Assembly: GCA_963764165.1 (NCBI GenBank)
Contig: CAVXRD010000004.1
Span: 512,001-576,000, forward strand
Reading direction: 5' to 3'
DNA: 64,000 nt
From: an uncultured Verrucomicrobiae bacterium
Lineage (GTDB): Bacteria; Verrucomicrobiota; Verrucomicrobiia; Limisphaerales; Palsa-1400
Each line of letters opens with the position of its first letter. Positions within the stretch are counted from its first letter, which is position 1. The position numbers were made by a program, and so were the translations under genes. Positions 54,794 through 64,000 of this stretch are shown one piece after another. The notes under the pieces were generated by a model. It was not told the origin of the DNA. It searched no databases and saw only the letters and a program-made list of their open reading frames with translations.

Positions 54794-57483
54794 ATGGCCG
54801 CGTCGGAAGCATCAAAAACCCCGGCCACCACGCCTAACTCCGTGGATCTCCACGCGTTAGTTGACAGTTTGGCAGCACGCTCGGATCGAGGCGACAAACC
54901 CATCGGGATGGGGCGTGATAGATTCCCCATTTTTGCCGATGATCCGCTGGTTGAAGCGCATAAGAAGCTGAACTCGTATTTGAACCAAGTTGCAGGCTCG
55001 CAATCCTGGAGAGCGAAGGCACGCGAATTTCCGGCGGGGGTTTCCTTACTCGGTGGCTCGAAGGAAGAAATGGCGTCTGCTTTCCGGGCGATCTTGGTGC
55101 GTATTCTGTTTTATGCCCGGGTCGAAAAGGGCAGAAACCGGCCCACCGGTTTGCTAGACTTGCGGATCTTCAACATGCTGGCCTCGTTTGCTCGCTCCCA
55201 GGGAGGCAACGCTGAAGCACAGCCGATGAGTCCTGACAATTTTGGCAGCCTGGCTGGAGAACTCCTTCGCAAAGACATTCGGATCTCGGAGAATGATCTC
55301 GTCTTTTGTTTGAAAATTACTTCGGAGCAGAAGGCTGATTCCTACGGCTTCCAGTGTCTCTCAAACGAAGGTGTGCTGCGCGCCGTCGAATTGCATATCG
55401 ATCGGCACGGGCTTAGTCCTGTCCTGCAAGCTGCTCTCACCCAGTGGCGCGAAAATCTTCAGGCATCGGAGCAAGTGTTCACCGCCGGTCGCAAACTCGT
55501 CACGCGACTCAGCTGCCTGCTCGATCTGCAGGTCGCGATTCCAATCGCTTCAGGAGAAGCATGGAGCAATGTCGCGCTCGACGATCTTGACAAAATGGCC
55601 GCCGAAACCAAAGCAAAATGGGGACGCCTGCTTCAGCACTGCGAATTGGCCGAGTCCTCCAAACCAACTCAAAAATGGCTCAAATCCGCCCGCGAGTGCG
55701 TCGAGGACGTCGACGTGATGAATTTAAAAAGTTTGTCCAGCGATGGTTTGATTTGGTTTCGCTCCCGCGCCCGATTCACCGCGAGCCAGCCTACGCCCAC
55801 TCGCCGGATCCTGATCAGCTCATCGGCGATTCCAACTCCGTGGTTCTAAAAGGTCTCGCGTGGGCGTGCTCAGAATTTGAAGACAAGGACGTAGTTCGAG
55901 CGCTCTCGATCCTGGCGCAAGTATGTTTCAAAAAGGTGCGAAATCACGGCGCTCGCTGTCCCCGCATTGGCAACGGAGCACTTTACAGTCTCAGCGCCAT
56001 TTCCCTGCCCGAAGCTGCTGCGGAGCTAACCCGGCTCGACCAGATTGTTAAACTGCCTTCTCTGAAAAAGGCCATCGGCAAATCGCTCGACAAGGCGGCG
56101 GAATCAAGCGGCCAAACCCGCGAAGATTTGCAGGAAGGAGCGATCCCAACTTACGGTTTGGACGCCCAAGGATATCTGAAGCAATCAATAGGCGGCTACA
56201 CTGCGGAGTTCGCTGTCGCTGGACCGGACGCATTTGAACTCCTCTGGCGCAACGCGGATGGGAAAACGCAGAAATCAATTCCCAAAGAATTGAAGGAACA
56301 GCACGCCGCCGAAATCAAAACTCTCCGGCGCACGATCCAGGACATCGAGAAAATGTTGCCAGCGCAATCCCGCCGGGTGGAGCAATTGTTTCTGGCAGAA
56401 CGGGAGTGGCCTTTCGCGCAGTGGCGTGAGCGCTATCTGGATCATCCTCTGATGGGGCTGATCAGTCGGCGGTTGATTTGGCATTTCCGACAAGGCGAAC
56501 GCCAGTCCGCTGGTATCTGGCGGAGTGGCAGTATGGTTGACAACCAAGGTCACATCTTGGATTGGCTTTCAACTGAAACCCGCGTTCGATTGTGGCATCC
56601 TCTCGGTCAGGAAATCGATCAAGTGGCGTGTTGGCGTCAGTGGTTGCAGGAAAGCGAAGTTTCGCAGCCGTTCAAACAGGCCCACCGCGAGATCTACGTT
56701 CTGACTGAGGCTGAGCTGCAAACGAACACATATTCAAACCGTTTTGCGGCGCACATCCTCCGACAGCACCAATTTGCCGCTCTGGCCCAGGAGCGTGGTT
56801 GGAAATATCGCCTGCAAGGCAAATTCGATTCCCACAATGTGCCAACGATCGAACTGCCGAGATGGAATTTAGCCGTTGAACTCTGGCTGGAGACTGATGG
56901 GGGCGATGCTGAAGCATCTGAAATGGGAATCTATCTTCACGCTGGGACGGACCAAGTGCGATTTTGCAGCCCAGATGGCACGCCGCGTCCCTTAAGCGAA
57001 GTTCCCGCCCTTGTTTTCTCTGAATTGATGCGTGACGTCGACTTATTCGTCGGCGTCTGCAGTATCGGCAATGATCCGGCCTGGCAGGACCGGGGCGATG
57101 CGGGCGCTCCTTATGATTATTGGCGGGCTTATGCCTTCGGAGATCTTTCGGCGACAGCCAAGACCAGACGCGAAGTTTTAGAAAAACTGGTGCCTCGTCT
57201 AAAGATCGCCAACAAGTGTGAACTGCAGGAGAAGTTCCTTGTGGTCCAAGGCTCGTTGCGCACCTACAAAATTCATCTTGGCAGCAGCAACATTTTGATG
57301 GCACCCAACGACCAATACTTGTGTATCGTTCCAGATCGAAGCACCAAGGCGCAAACCTTGCACGGCACGTTTCTGCCTTTTGAAGGCGACCAGACGTTGG
57401 CGATCATTCTGAGCAAGGCATTCCTCCTCGCAGACGATGCGAAAATTAAAGATCCGTCAATCATCCGACAATTAGCAAGATGA
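54794..57483 (+). CDS. DUF4132-domain protein split by a -1 frameshift near 55710-55730
   Basis: Two overlapping ORFs (54794-55849 and 55618-57483). C-terminal motifs HPL..LISRRLIW, RLWHP, QPFKQAHREIY, YSNRFAAH, FSELMRDVDLFV. Confidence 0.8.
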
Positions 57484-57596
57484 CTATCAGTCCTCACTTT
57501 TTGCACTTTTGCTTTCCTACTTTGATCCGTCATCCGCCATCGTTAAAACTATGACGGACAGGACGGTTCATCTCCAGTTTCTTTGCCTTCCCTTTT

Positions 57597-57702
57597 CTAC
57601 AAACCAATAGTTGCGAGAAAAATTCTGGGCGTCACAATGAGAACGCCTTGGAATTCCTTTATGGCAAGCAGGTCTTTGTCTCCCGCCGGCAACCACTCTC
57701 AC
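57597..57702 (-). pseudogene. PIN-family toxin remnant with internal deletion
   Basis: GTG AGA GTG GTT GCC (MRVVA) joined out of frame to AGDKDLLAIKEFQGVLIVTPRIFLATIGL*, the first and last motifs of a PIN toxin. Confidence 0.75.
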
Positions 57703-57940
57703 CGCGAGCGCGGATCTCGGCGCGCACTTCGTTCACGACGGCTTGGATTTCGTCCATGGTCTTGGGTTCGTCAGGATAGGCCCGCATCTGTTCCACCATT
57801 TGGCGAAAATCTCGCATTGGCTTGTCAAGCTGGACTTCCCGCTCAACCAATTGCGTCAGCTTGCCAGGCTCAAGCAAACCCCTGGCCTTGGCCTCGTCCG
57901 CGACGGAATCCGGCAAATCCAGTTGTATCATAATGCTCAT
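57659..57940 (-). CDS. Putative antitoxin partner of the PIN toxin
   Basis: IQLDLPDSVADEAKARGLL...TMDEIQAVVNEVRAE. Overlaps the PIN start. Confidence 0.65.
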   Translation of the reverse strand: MSIMIQLDLPDSVADEAKARGLLEPGKLTQLVEREVQLDKPMRDFRQMVEQMRAYPDEPKTMDEIQAVVNEVRAEIRARGESGCRRETKTCLP

Positions 57941-57995
57941 AACCGTTATTGGCGCTAAACACCGAATACACCGCAAAGTCAATCCGGGCGACTAA

Positions 57996-58991
57996 TCAGA
58001 AAAGACTGCTGACCATCGTTCCTAGTATGCTCAAGGGGCCGGTGTCTTCCAGGCTTTCGGTGGCTTTGTCCAGTTTTTGCAGGGAGAGTTTTGCGCCTTT
58101 GAGGAAACTGTCGTCGTTGATCAATTGGCCGACGGTGCCCTGGCCCTGGTCGATCTTGTGCGTGATTGAATTCAGGTTCGTCATCACGTTGTTCGCGTTC
58201 TTGAAAAGGCTGTCGTCCGTCAGCAATTTGCCTACCGTGCCCTGCCCGTTGCGCGCATCCGTAACCGTTTGATTCACGTTGCTCATCAGCATCTGCGCAT
58301 CACTGGCGACGCCTTTGACCTGGTCCGGCAGGGTCTGCAAATTGCTGATGACGCCTTGGGCGGAGACGTAAAGCGTGTCTTCGTTGATCAGTTTGCCCAC
58401 GGTGCCCTGCCCTTGCGCGATGCGATCCGTAACGGTCTTCATGTTGGCGAGCGAGGCGGTGATGTTGGTGCGGTTGTCCTTGATGAGGTCGGTGATCGGA
58501 CCGAGGAAGGTGTCAATTTTCTCGCCGCTGAAACTCTTGGTCAGATTCTCAACTCCGCTGGCGACAGAATCCAATTTCGTGAATAGCTGGCTCAAATCAG
58601 GCTGTTCGATCGTTTGCAGCATGGCGTTGTCCGCCGCGAGCGGCGAACCGGGCGCGCCGAAATCAATCGCCACGTAATTCTGCGCCATCAATCCGGTGAA
58701 ACTGATGGTGGCTTTGCTGTCGGTGTGGACGTCGGCTTTGCTGCGATTCAAGTTCATCGTCACGCGGACGCTGGCGTTGGTGAGTTCAATTTTATCCACC
58801 CGGCCCACTGTCACGCCCGCCATTTTGACAGGATCGCCGTCCTTCAGGTCCTGCACGTTTTTGAACTGCGCATAGACGTGGTATCCCCGCTCCAGAAATC
58901 CGAAGCTGCCCAGGTATTCGAGAATGATCAGGGCCAGAATAACGGCCAGGGCAAAAAAAAGCCCAAGTTTGCTTTCAACAGAATCTTTCAT
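57996..58991 (-). CDS. mlaD: MCE/MlaD-family protein with long helical C-terminus
   Basis: N-terminal TM; LKDGDPVKMAGVTVGRV; repeated GQGTVGKL..DD.L. Confidence 0.88.
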   Translation of the reverse strand: MKDSVESKLGLFFALAVILALIILEYLGSFGFLERGYHVYAQFKNVQDLKDGDPVKMAGVTVGRVDKIELTNASVRVTMNLNRSKADVHTDSKATISFTGLMAQNYVAIDFGAPGSPLAADNAMLQTIEQPDLSQLFTKLDSVASGVENLTKSFSGEKIDTFLGPITDLIKDNRTNITASLANMKTVTDRIAQGQGTVGKLINEDTLYVSAQGVISNLQTLPDQVKGVASDAQMLMSNVNQTVTDARNGQGTVGKLLTDDSLFKNANNVMTNLNSITHKIDQGQGTVGQLINDDSFLKGAKLSLQKLDKATESLEDTGPLSILGTMVSSLF

Positions 58992-58994
58992 ATT

Positions 58995-59762
58995 TCAATG
59001 GGGTCTGGGCGGCGCTAATTCCGCCGTGATAAATTTCTGAATGACCGGGTCCTGATGGCGCTGCACTTCCTCAGGCGTGCCCATGAAAAGGATGCGCCCT
59101 TCATGGATCATCGCGATATGGTGGCCCGTGTTGAAGGCCAGCTCGCGGTCGTGCGTCACCACAATGGAAGTCGCGCCCGTGCGCTCGTTCAATTTCAAAA
59201 TCTCTTCTCCGATGGTCACCGCCATCAGCGGATCCAATTCGGAAGTCGGCTCGTCGAAGAGCACCAACTGCGGCTCGACGACCAGCGCGCGGGCGATGGC
59301 CACGCGCTTCTGCATGCCGCCGGACAACTCTCCAGGCGAACGGTCTTCCAATCCTTTCAACCCAACCGTCTCCAGCGCGCGGGCGACAATGTCGTCGATT
59401 TCGGACGGCTTTTTAACATGGTGTTCCGTGAGATAAAGCCCCACGTTCTCGCCCACCGACAAGGAGGTCAGCAACGCGGCCGATTGGAACACCATTGCCA
59501 TCCGGTACTTGTCGCGAACCGCCCGATCCTGAACGGATTCTCCATCCAGCAGAATTTCGCCCGAGTCAGGATTCATCAAGCCGATGATGTGCTTGAGCAG
59601 CACGCTTTTGCCGCTGCCGCTGGGGCCCATGATGACGAAGCGCTCGCCTTCCTTCACTTTGAACGAAATGCCCTTGAGCACTTCGATCTCGCCAAAATTC
59701 TTGCGCAGATCGCGGACTTCAACCGTGACGCTCTTGGAATTGGATTTCGGGCTGGCGCTCAT
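58995..59762 (-). CDS. mlaF: Mla/Mce ABC transporter ATPase
   Basis: GPSGSGKS, LSGGMQKRVAIARAL, LFDEPTSELDP. Confidence 0.9.
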   Translation of the reverse strand: MSASPKSNSKSVTVEVRDLRKNFGEIEVLKGISFKVKEGERFVIMGPSGSGKSVLLKHIIGLMNPDSGEILLDGESVQDRAVRDKYRMAMVFQSAALLTSLSVGENVGLYLTEHHVKKPSEIDDIVARALETVGLKGLEDRSPGELSGGMQKRVAIARALVVEPQLVLFDEPTSELDPLMAVTIGEEILKLNERTGATSIVVTHDRELAFNTGHHIAMIHEGRILFMGTPEEVQRHQDPVIQKFITAELAPPRPH

Positions 59763-60505
59763 TTTTGGATATATAACAGGAAACGCGTGACGAAATAATC
59801 GAGGATCAGGATGAGCACGATGGAATTGACGACCGCCTTGGTCACGCTGCGCCCAATGCCCCGCGGCCCGCCGCGGGTGATCAACCCCTGGTGGCAGGAA
59901 ACAATGCCGATGGCCAGCGCGAAAATAAAAGATTTGAATAATCCATTGACGACATCACCCATATCAACGCCCTCGCGCAAATTCTCGAAGAAACTGGTGA
60001 AATTGAGCATGACCTTCTGGTTGAACTGGCATACCAGGGCGCCTCCGATCCATCCGACCGGAATCGAGAAAAGCACCAGCACCGGCAGCGAAATCGCGAT
60101 GGCCACCATGCGCGGCAGAACCAGATAACGCACCGGGTCGATATTCATTGTCTTCAACGCGTCGATTTCCTCGTAAACCTGCATGGAGCCAATTTCCGCC
60201 GACATGGCCGAGCCGATGCGCCCAGCCACCAGGATCGCAATCATCACGGGGGCCAGCTCCTTGCACATGGAAAGCCCGATCATTCCGCCGATGACGGAGC
60301 TGATCCCGCGCTTGACCAATTCCGGCCCCGTCTGCAAAGCGAGCACGCCGCCAATAAAAAGCGAGAGGATGCACACCATGAAAAGGCTCGAAAGCCCGAT
60401 TTCAGTGAGCTGCTCAAACACCTTGGCCCGATGCCGCCAGGCGTCAGGAACAGCGCGCAGGGTCTGCCAGAACAGGACTAGAATCTCTCCAATATTGTGA
60501 AACAT
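59759..60505 (-). CDS. mlaE: MlaE-family permease
   Basis: KELAPV...AGRIGSAMSAEIGSMQVYEEIDAL; GGPRGIGRSVTKAVV. Confidence 0.92.
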   Translation of the reverse strand: MFHNIGEILVLFWQTLRAVPDAWRHRAKVFEQLTEIGLSSLFMVCILSLFIGGVLALQTGPELVKRGISSVIGGMIGLSMCKELAPVMIAILVAGRIGSAMSAEIGSMQVYEEIDALKTMNIDPVRYLVLPRMVAIAISLPVLVLFSIPVGWIGGALVCQFNQKVMLNFTSFFENLREGVDMGDVVNGLFKSFIFALAIGIVSCHQGLITRGGPRGIGRSVTKAVVNSIVLILILDYFVTRFLLYIQK

Positions 60506-61941
60506 CACGGTTTTGCGGCGGAACGGCCAAAGCGGCCAAAACGCCAATGTGTGCCGTCCGGCGTGGATTCATACTGAAAAAGTCCGAAGAAGAGCGAGGC
60601 TTTTTTTGTACTGTTTCTAGTTTCGCGGCGGTAAAAATTCCACAACAGCGACTGGCAGGTGGCGCCGGTGCGGGCGTTTTTCTCGTTATGCCAGAGGGTG
60701 TAAACCGGGGAATATTCGCGCGGAATGGTTCGGTTATTCGGGAAAAGCGGATCAAGAATGGCCAGAATTTGCAACCGCCGGTTGCCATCGAGCTCGCGGT
60801 CGTAACTATAAAACGGCCAGAAATCGACGCGCCGCTTGAAATCGTGCGACTGCGTGTTCCGCTCCACCGTGTCCGAGTAAAGAAAATACAGGACGCGGCT
60901 GCGGTGGCGGTCCAGCGGCGCCGCCTGCAGGCGGTTGTATTTGTACAATAGAAATCCGTAAAAATCGCTTTGCAGCCCGTTGTGCTCTGCGTGGCTGTAG
61001 AACGGAAACACACGGTTGATGGTCTTGCTGCCCCGCGCGCGCACAAAAAGCGGCCAGAGAAAATCGTGCTCGTCATAGCCCTGCCCCCGATCATGCACAA
61101 CGTTGAACCCCAGCGGAAATCCGTAGGAAAGCTGGTCGCGCAACGGCGAGTGCGATTGGCTGTAAAGCGGGATGAGCGTAAAGCTGGTGACGGGATTGGT
61201 CGTGCCCAAGCCGTCGTAATTCCGAAAGCCAAACGGCCACATGACGAAGCGCTTGTCGTAGCCGCCAATCGTCTCAAGTTCATCGACCGTGTTCGTGAAA
61301 GTCCGCGGCAGCCTCTGTTCGATCCCGTAGAAAGGCCAGATTTGCCACCCTTCCAGGTTGTTCCCATGCCGGACATCGTAAAACGGGTACATATAATTAT
61401 ACGTGACAACGTCCTTCTTCTCGGTTCTCGACCATAGCGGAAACATGACAAACTTGATATCATTGCGGAACATTCGATTCTCGAGATGGCCGTAAAACGG
61501 AAAGACCGCCGTGTAACCGTCATTGGTGGCCGTTGATCTCTGATGAAAATAAAACGGGAAAACGGTCGTGTGGTGGAACGTATTTGATTGCGCGGTGTCT
61601 CCGCCGGAAATGCTGAACACCTGCGCGATCTGCCAGCGATATTCCGGTCCGAACCGCCGATAATTGATTACAGGATACAAGAAATCCCATTCGCTCCAGC
61701 CGACGTCCGGCGTCACTGTGCGGCAATAAAAAGGCGGCAGCGCCCATTGCCGCTGCGCGCCAATGGTCTGCTCATAAAAGAACGGGCCAGCCATGTCTTC
61801 GCGCAGGCCGGATTCCAGCGTCAAACGATATTTGGAAAACGCGGGGCCAATATTGATCTCATCCCCATGCGCGCGGAAAGCTCCGACGCAGGCGGAGGCG
61901 GCGACAAAACAGGCTGCTAGAAATTGTTCGAGTTTAACCAT
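60505..61941 (-). CDS. Secreted aromatic-rich repeat protein, possible outer-membrane component
   Basis: Signal peptide MVKLEQFLAACFVAASA; more than 12 (F/W/L/Y)P(F/L)(Y/F/W) repeats. Its stop overlaps the mlaE start (TGATG). Confidence 0.8.
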   Translation of the reverse strand: MVKLEQFLAACFVAASACVGAFRAHGDEINIGPAFSKYRLTLESGLREDMAGPFFYEQTIGAQRQWALPPFYCRTVTPDVGWSEWDFLYPVINYRRFGPEYRWQIAQVFSISGGDTAQSNTFHHTTVFPFYFHQRSTATNDGYTAVFPFYGHLENRMFRNDIKFVMFPLWSRTEKKDVVTYNYMYPFYDVRHGNNLEGWQIWPFYGIEQRLPRTFTNTVDELETIGGYDKRFVMWPFGFRNYDGLGTTNPVTSFTLIPLYSQSHSPLRDQLSYGFPLGFNVVHDRGQGYDEHDFLWPLFVRARGSKTINRVFPFYSHAEHNGLQSDFYGFLLYKYNRLQAAPLDRHRSRVLYFLYSDTVERNTQSHDFKRRVDFWPFYSYDRELDGNRRLQILAILDPLFPNNRTIPREYSPVYTLWHNEKNARTGATCQSLLWNFYRRETRNSTKKASLFFGLFQYESTPDGTHWRFGRFGRSAAKP

Positions 61942-61952
61942 GAACGCAACGA

Positions 61953-64000
61953 TCAAGGCCTCGAGGCCTCTTCTTCCGAGGAACGCCCCCGATTGAGCCC
62001 CTTGGTTACGTTCCAGCCGAAATCGCTCAAAATGCTGATCATCGCGGGCACCAATGTGAGGCCCGCGATCATGCAAGCGCCGATTCCCAGCGACATCACC
62101 AAGCCAAGACTCCAGAGACCCTGATGTTTGCCGAGCATGAGGCAGCCGAAACCCGTCAAGGCTGTCAATCCCGAAACTAGCACGGCCTTGCCGGTGCTCT
62201 TGCCCAGAATACTGGCTTTTTCCTCTTCCGCCACCCGATTCAAAATATGAATGCCGTTGGTCACACCAATGCCGATGACAAGAGGCAGGGTCATAATGTT
62301 CGCCGGATTGAACGGCACGCCCAGCCATCCCATGAATCCAAGCGTCCAAGCTGATCCGATCACCACCGGCAGCAGCGCCAGCAGCACGCAGACCAACGAA
62401 CGGAAATGGACATAAACCATGATGGCGATCACAATCAGCGAGATAATCGCGGCCTGCTGATAACTGACTTTCAACAGCGTGGTGTATTCATAGAGCTGCA
62501 CGGGCATGCCGGTGACGCGATCCGCTTCTGGCCCAAGCGCGCCACGCAGTTGCGCAATGAACTTCTCCTGCACGTCATGCTTCCACACGTCATCCTTGGG
62601 AAAGACTTGCACCAGGTACTTTCCGGTCTTGCCAACAAATCGCGAATACAAGGCGGGCGGCAAATCCTCCGGGCGCAAATCGCCGCTGGCATCCTGCTTT
62701 TGGATGGCTTCAAACGTCGTGCGAATATCCGCAAACAGCGCCTCCTGATAGACGCGCAGGCGCCGGGGAATCTCAGGGTCCCCGCTCAGCATCTTCACGC
62801 GAAACTCACTGATGGAATTGATGAGATTGGTCACCTCGGCGGCCAGCTCGGGGCGCTCTTTGGCAGTCTGGTTGTAGACATTGTAAAAATAGCCCATCGT
62901 TCCGTAAAGAGTCAGGCTCAACGCGTGCAGGGCGACTGCGTTGGTATCGGCCGGCGCGAATTTCAAATCAGCGATTCCACCTTTGATTTGCCGCACCAGC
63001 TTCAACTCATCAGCTTGATTCTTCGTCATCAAATCAAACATCGCCACCCCGCGGTCACTGCCGTCGACACTTGCAACCGACGAGAGGTTGGTCACGACGT
63101 GCTCGTATTCAGCCGCCTGCTTAAGCGAATCCGCCACGATCGCCGCATACAGGAGCGATTGCCCAGGCTGCACCGCGATCACACAGGGGTAAGCGTCCTG
63201 CAGCAGCATTTGATTCAATCGAATTTCATCCGCTCCCGCCGGTTTTGACGCCAAAAGAGCCTTGGTCTTGGGGCCAAGCTGAACGGATTGAAAACGCTCG
63301 GGGGTGTAAATCAGCGGACCATCGATGATTTGGTTAAAATCCTTGACCAAGGCGGATTCCAGTTCATCCGATTCCGAATTGGTGCCGTGATAGGCTTCCA
63401 GCGCCGCCCGGGCCTGAACATCCAGGTGCGACGCGATGAAGGCGGAAACCGGATCACGCTTTTCCTTCAAATCGTCCGCCAGCACGGGAAGGTTGGTAAT
63501 GTCATCGGTCGAGAATGTTGTGGCGCCGGAGAACAGCAGCTTCTTTTCGTAATCCACCGCCGCCAGGCCTTTGCTCTGCATGTTCAGGAGGTTGTAGTCG
63601 AACGAAACCTTTCCGAATTGAGTGGCCCCGATGAGGCAAGCGACGATGGTCCCACCCACCACCCAGCGCGGGCGCGCCAGCCAGGCGTTCTCAAGGCGAT
63701 TGCGGCCCTCGGACGAGAGCCCGACGGCGTGATCGATGGCATTTTGGCGCCCCCTTAACAGCAGCGCGGGAAGCATCGTGAGCATGGGAATCAAACAGAG
63801 CGCCAGGCCCCCGCCGGAAATAATTCCCATTTCCTTGATGCCGCGAAAATCGGTAAAGCCCATCGCCAAAAACGCCACTGCCGTCGTCAACGCGCCTGTC
63901 ACGATCCCCTGCCCTGTGAAGACGAGCGCCCGTTCGACAGCTTCCCGCGGAGACGCTTTCTTTCGCACTTCCTCCTCGAATCGAGTGATGAAATGGATGC
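61953..64000 (-). CDS. MMPL/RND-family transporter (HpnN-like), 5' end outside window
   Basis: GALTTAVAF, FRGIKEMGIISG, FDYNLLNMQ, FNPANIMTLPLVIGIGV, HQGLWSLG. Frame is open to the window edge. Confidence 0.88.
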   Translation of the reverse strand, partial: IHFITRFEEEVRKKASPREAVERALVFTGQGIVTGALTTAVAFLAMGFTDFRGIKEMGIISGGGLALCLIPMLTMLPALLLRGRQNAIDHAVGLSSEGRNRLENAWLARPRWVVGGTIVACLIGATQFGKVSFDYNLLNMQSKGLAAVDYEKKLLFSGATTFSTDDITNLPVLADDLKEKRDPVSAFIASHLDVQARAALEAYHGTNSESDELESALVKDFNQIIDGPLIYTPERFQSVQLGPKTKALLASKPAGADEIRLNQMLLQDAYPCVIAVQPGQSLLYAAIVADSLKQAAEYEHVVTNLSSVASVDGSDRGVAMFDLMTKNQADELKLVRQIKGGIADLKFAPADTNAVALHALSLTLYGTMGYFYNVYNQTAKERPELAAEVTNLINSISEFRVKMLSGDPEIPRRLRVYQEALFADIRTTFEAIQKQDASGDLRPEDLPPALYSRFVGKTGKYLVQVFPKDDVWKHDVQEKFIAQLRGALGPEADRVTGMPVQLYEYTTLLKVSYQQAAIISLIVIAIMVYVHFRSLVCVLLALLPVVIGSAWTLGFMGWLGVPFNPANIMTLPLVIGIGVTNGIHILNRVAEEEKASILGKSTGKAVLVSGLTALTGFGCLMLGKHQGLWSLGLVMSLGIGACMIAGLTLVPAMISILSDFGWNVTKGLNRGRSSEEEASRP

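Overview
This is a bacterial chromosomal window. Gene content and style (many prepilin/H-X9-DG proteins, giant Ig/LamG/autotransporter-repeat surface proteins, several intergenic palindrome families) suggest Verrucomicrobiota, Pedosphaera-like; this is inference. Bases 1-36 kb are accessory: large secreted or surface proteins, each near a prepilin-type protein, plus a GH36-like 'enterotoxin-family' gene, a DUF3472 protein with a divergent DUF3472-like paralog, toxin-antitoxin modules and decayed elements. Bases 36-64 kb are more housekeeping: GH29 fucosidase, metH with a SahR-like operator, ruvC, mntH, pgsA, gcvP, and an operon of MMPL/RND, an aromatic-repeat protein and MlaEFD. The strongest candidate for an undescribed system is a two-gene module at 54.4-57.5 kb: a ubiquitin/MoaD-like protein ending in Gly-Gly, followed by a large DUF4132 protein split by a -1 frameshift. 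All family assignments come from recognising motifs by eye; no searches were run.
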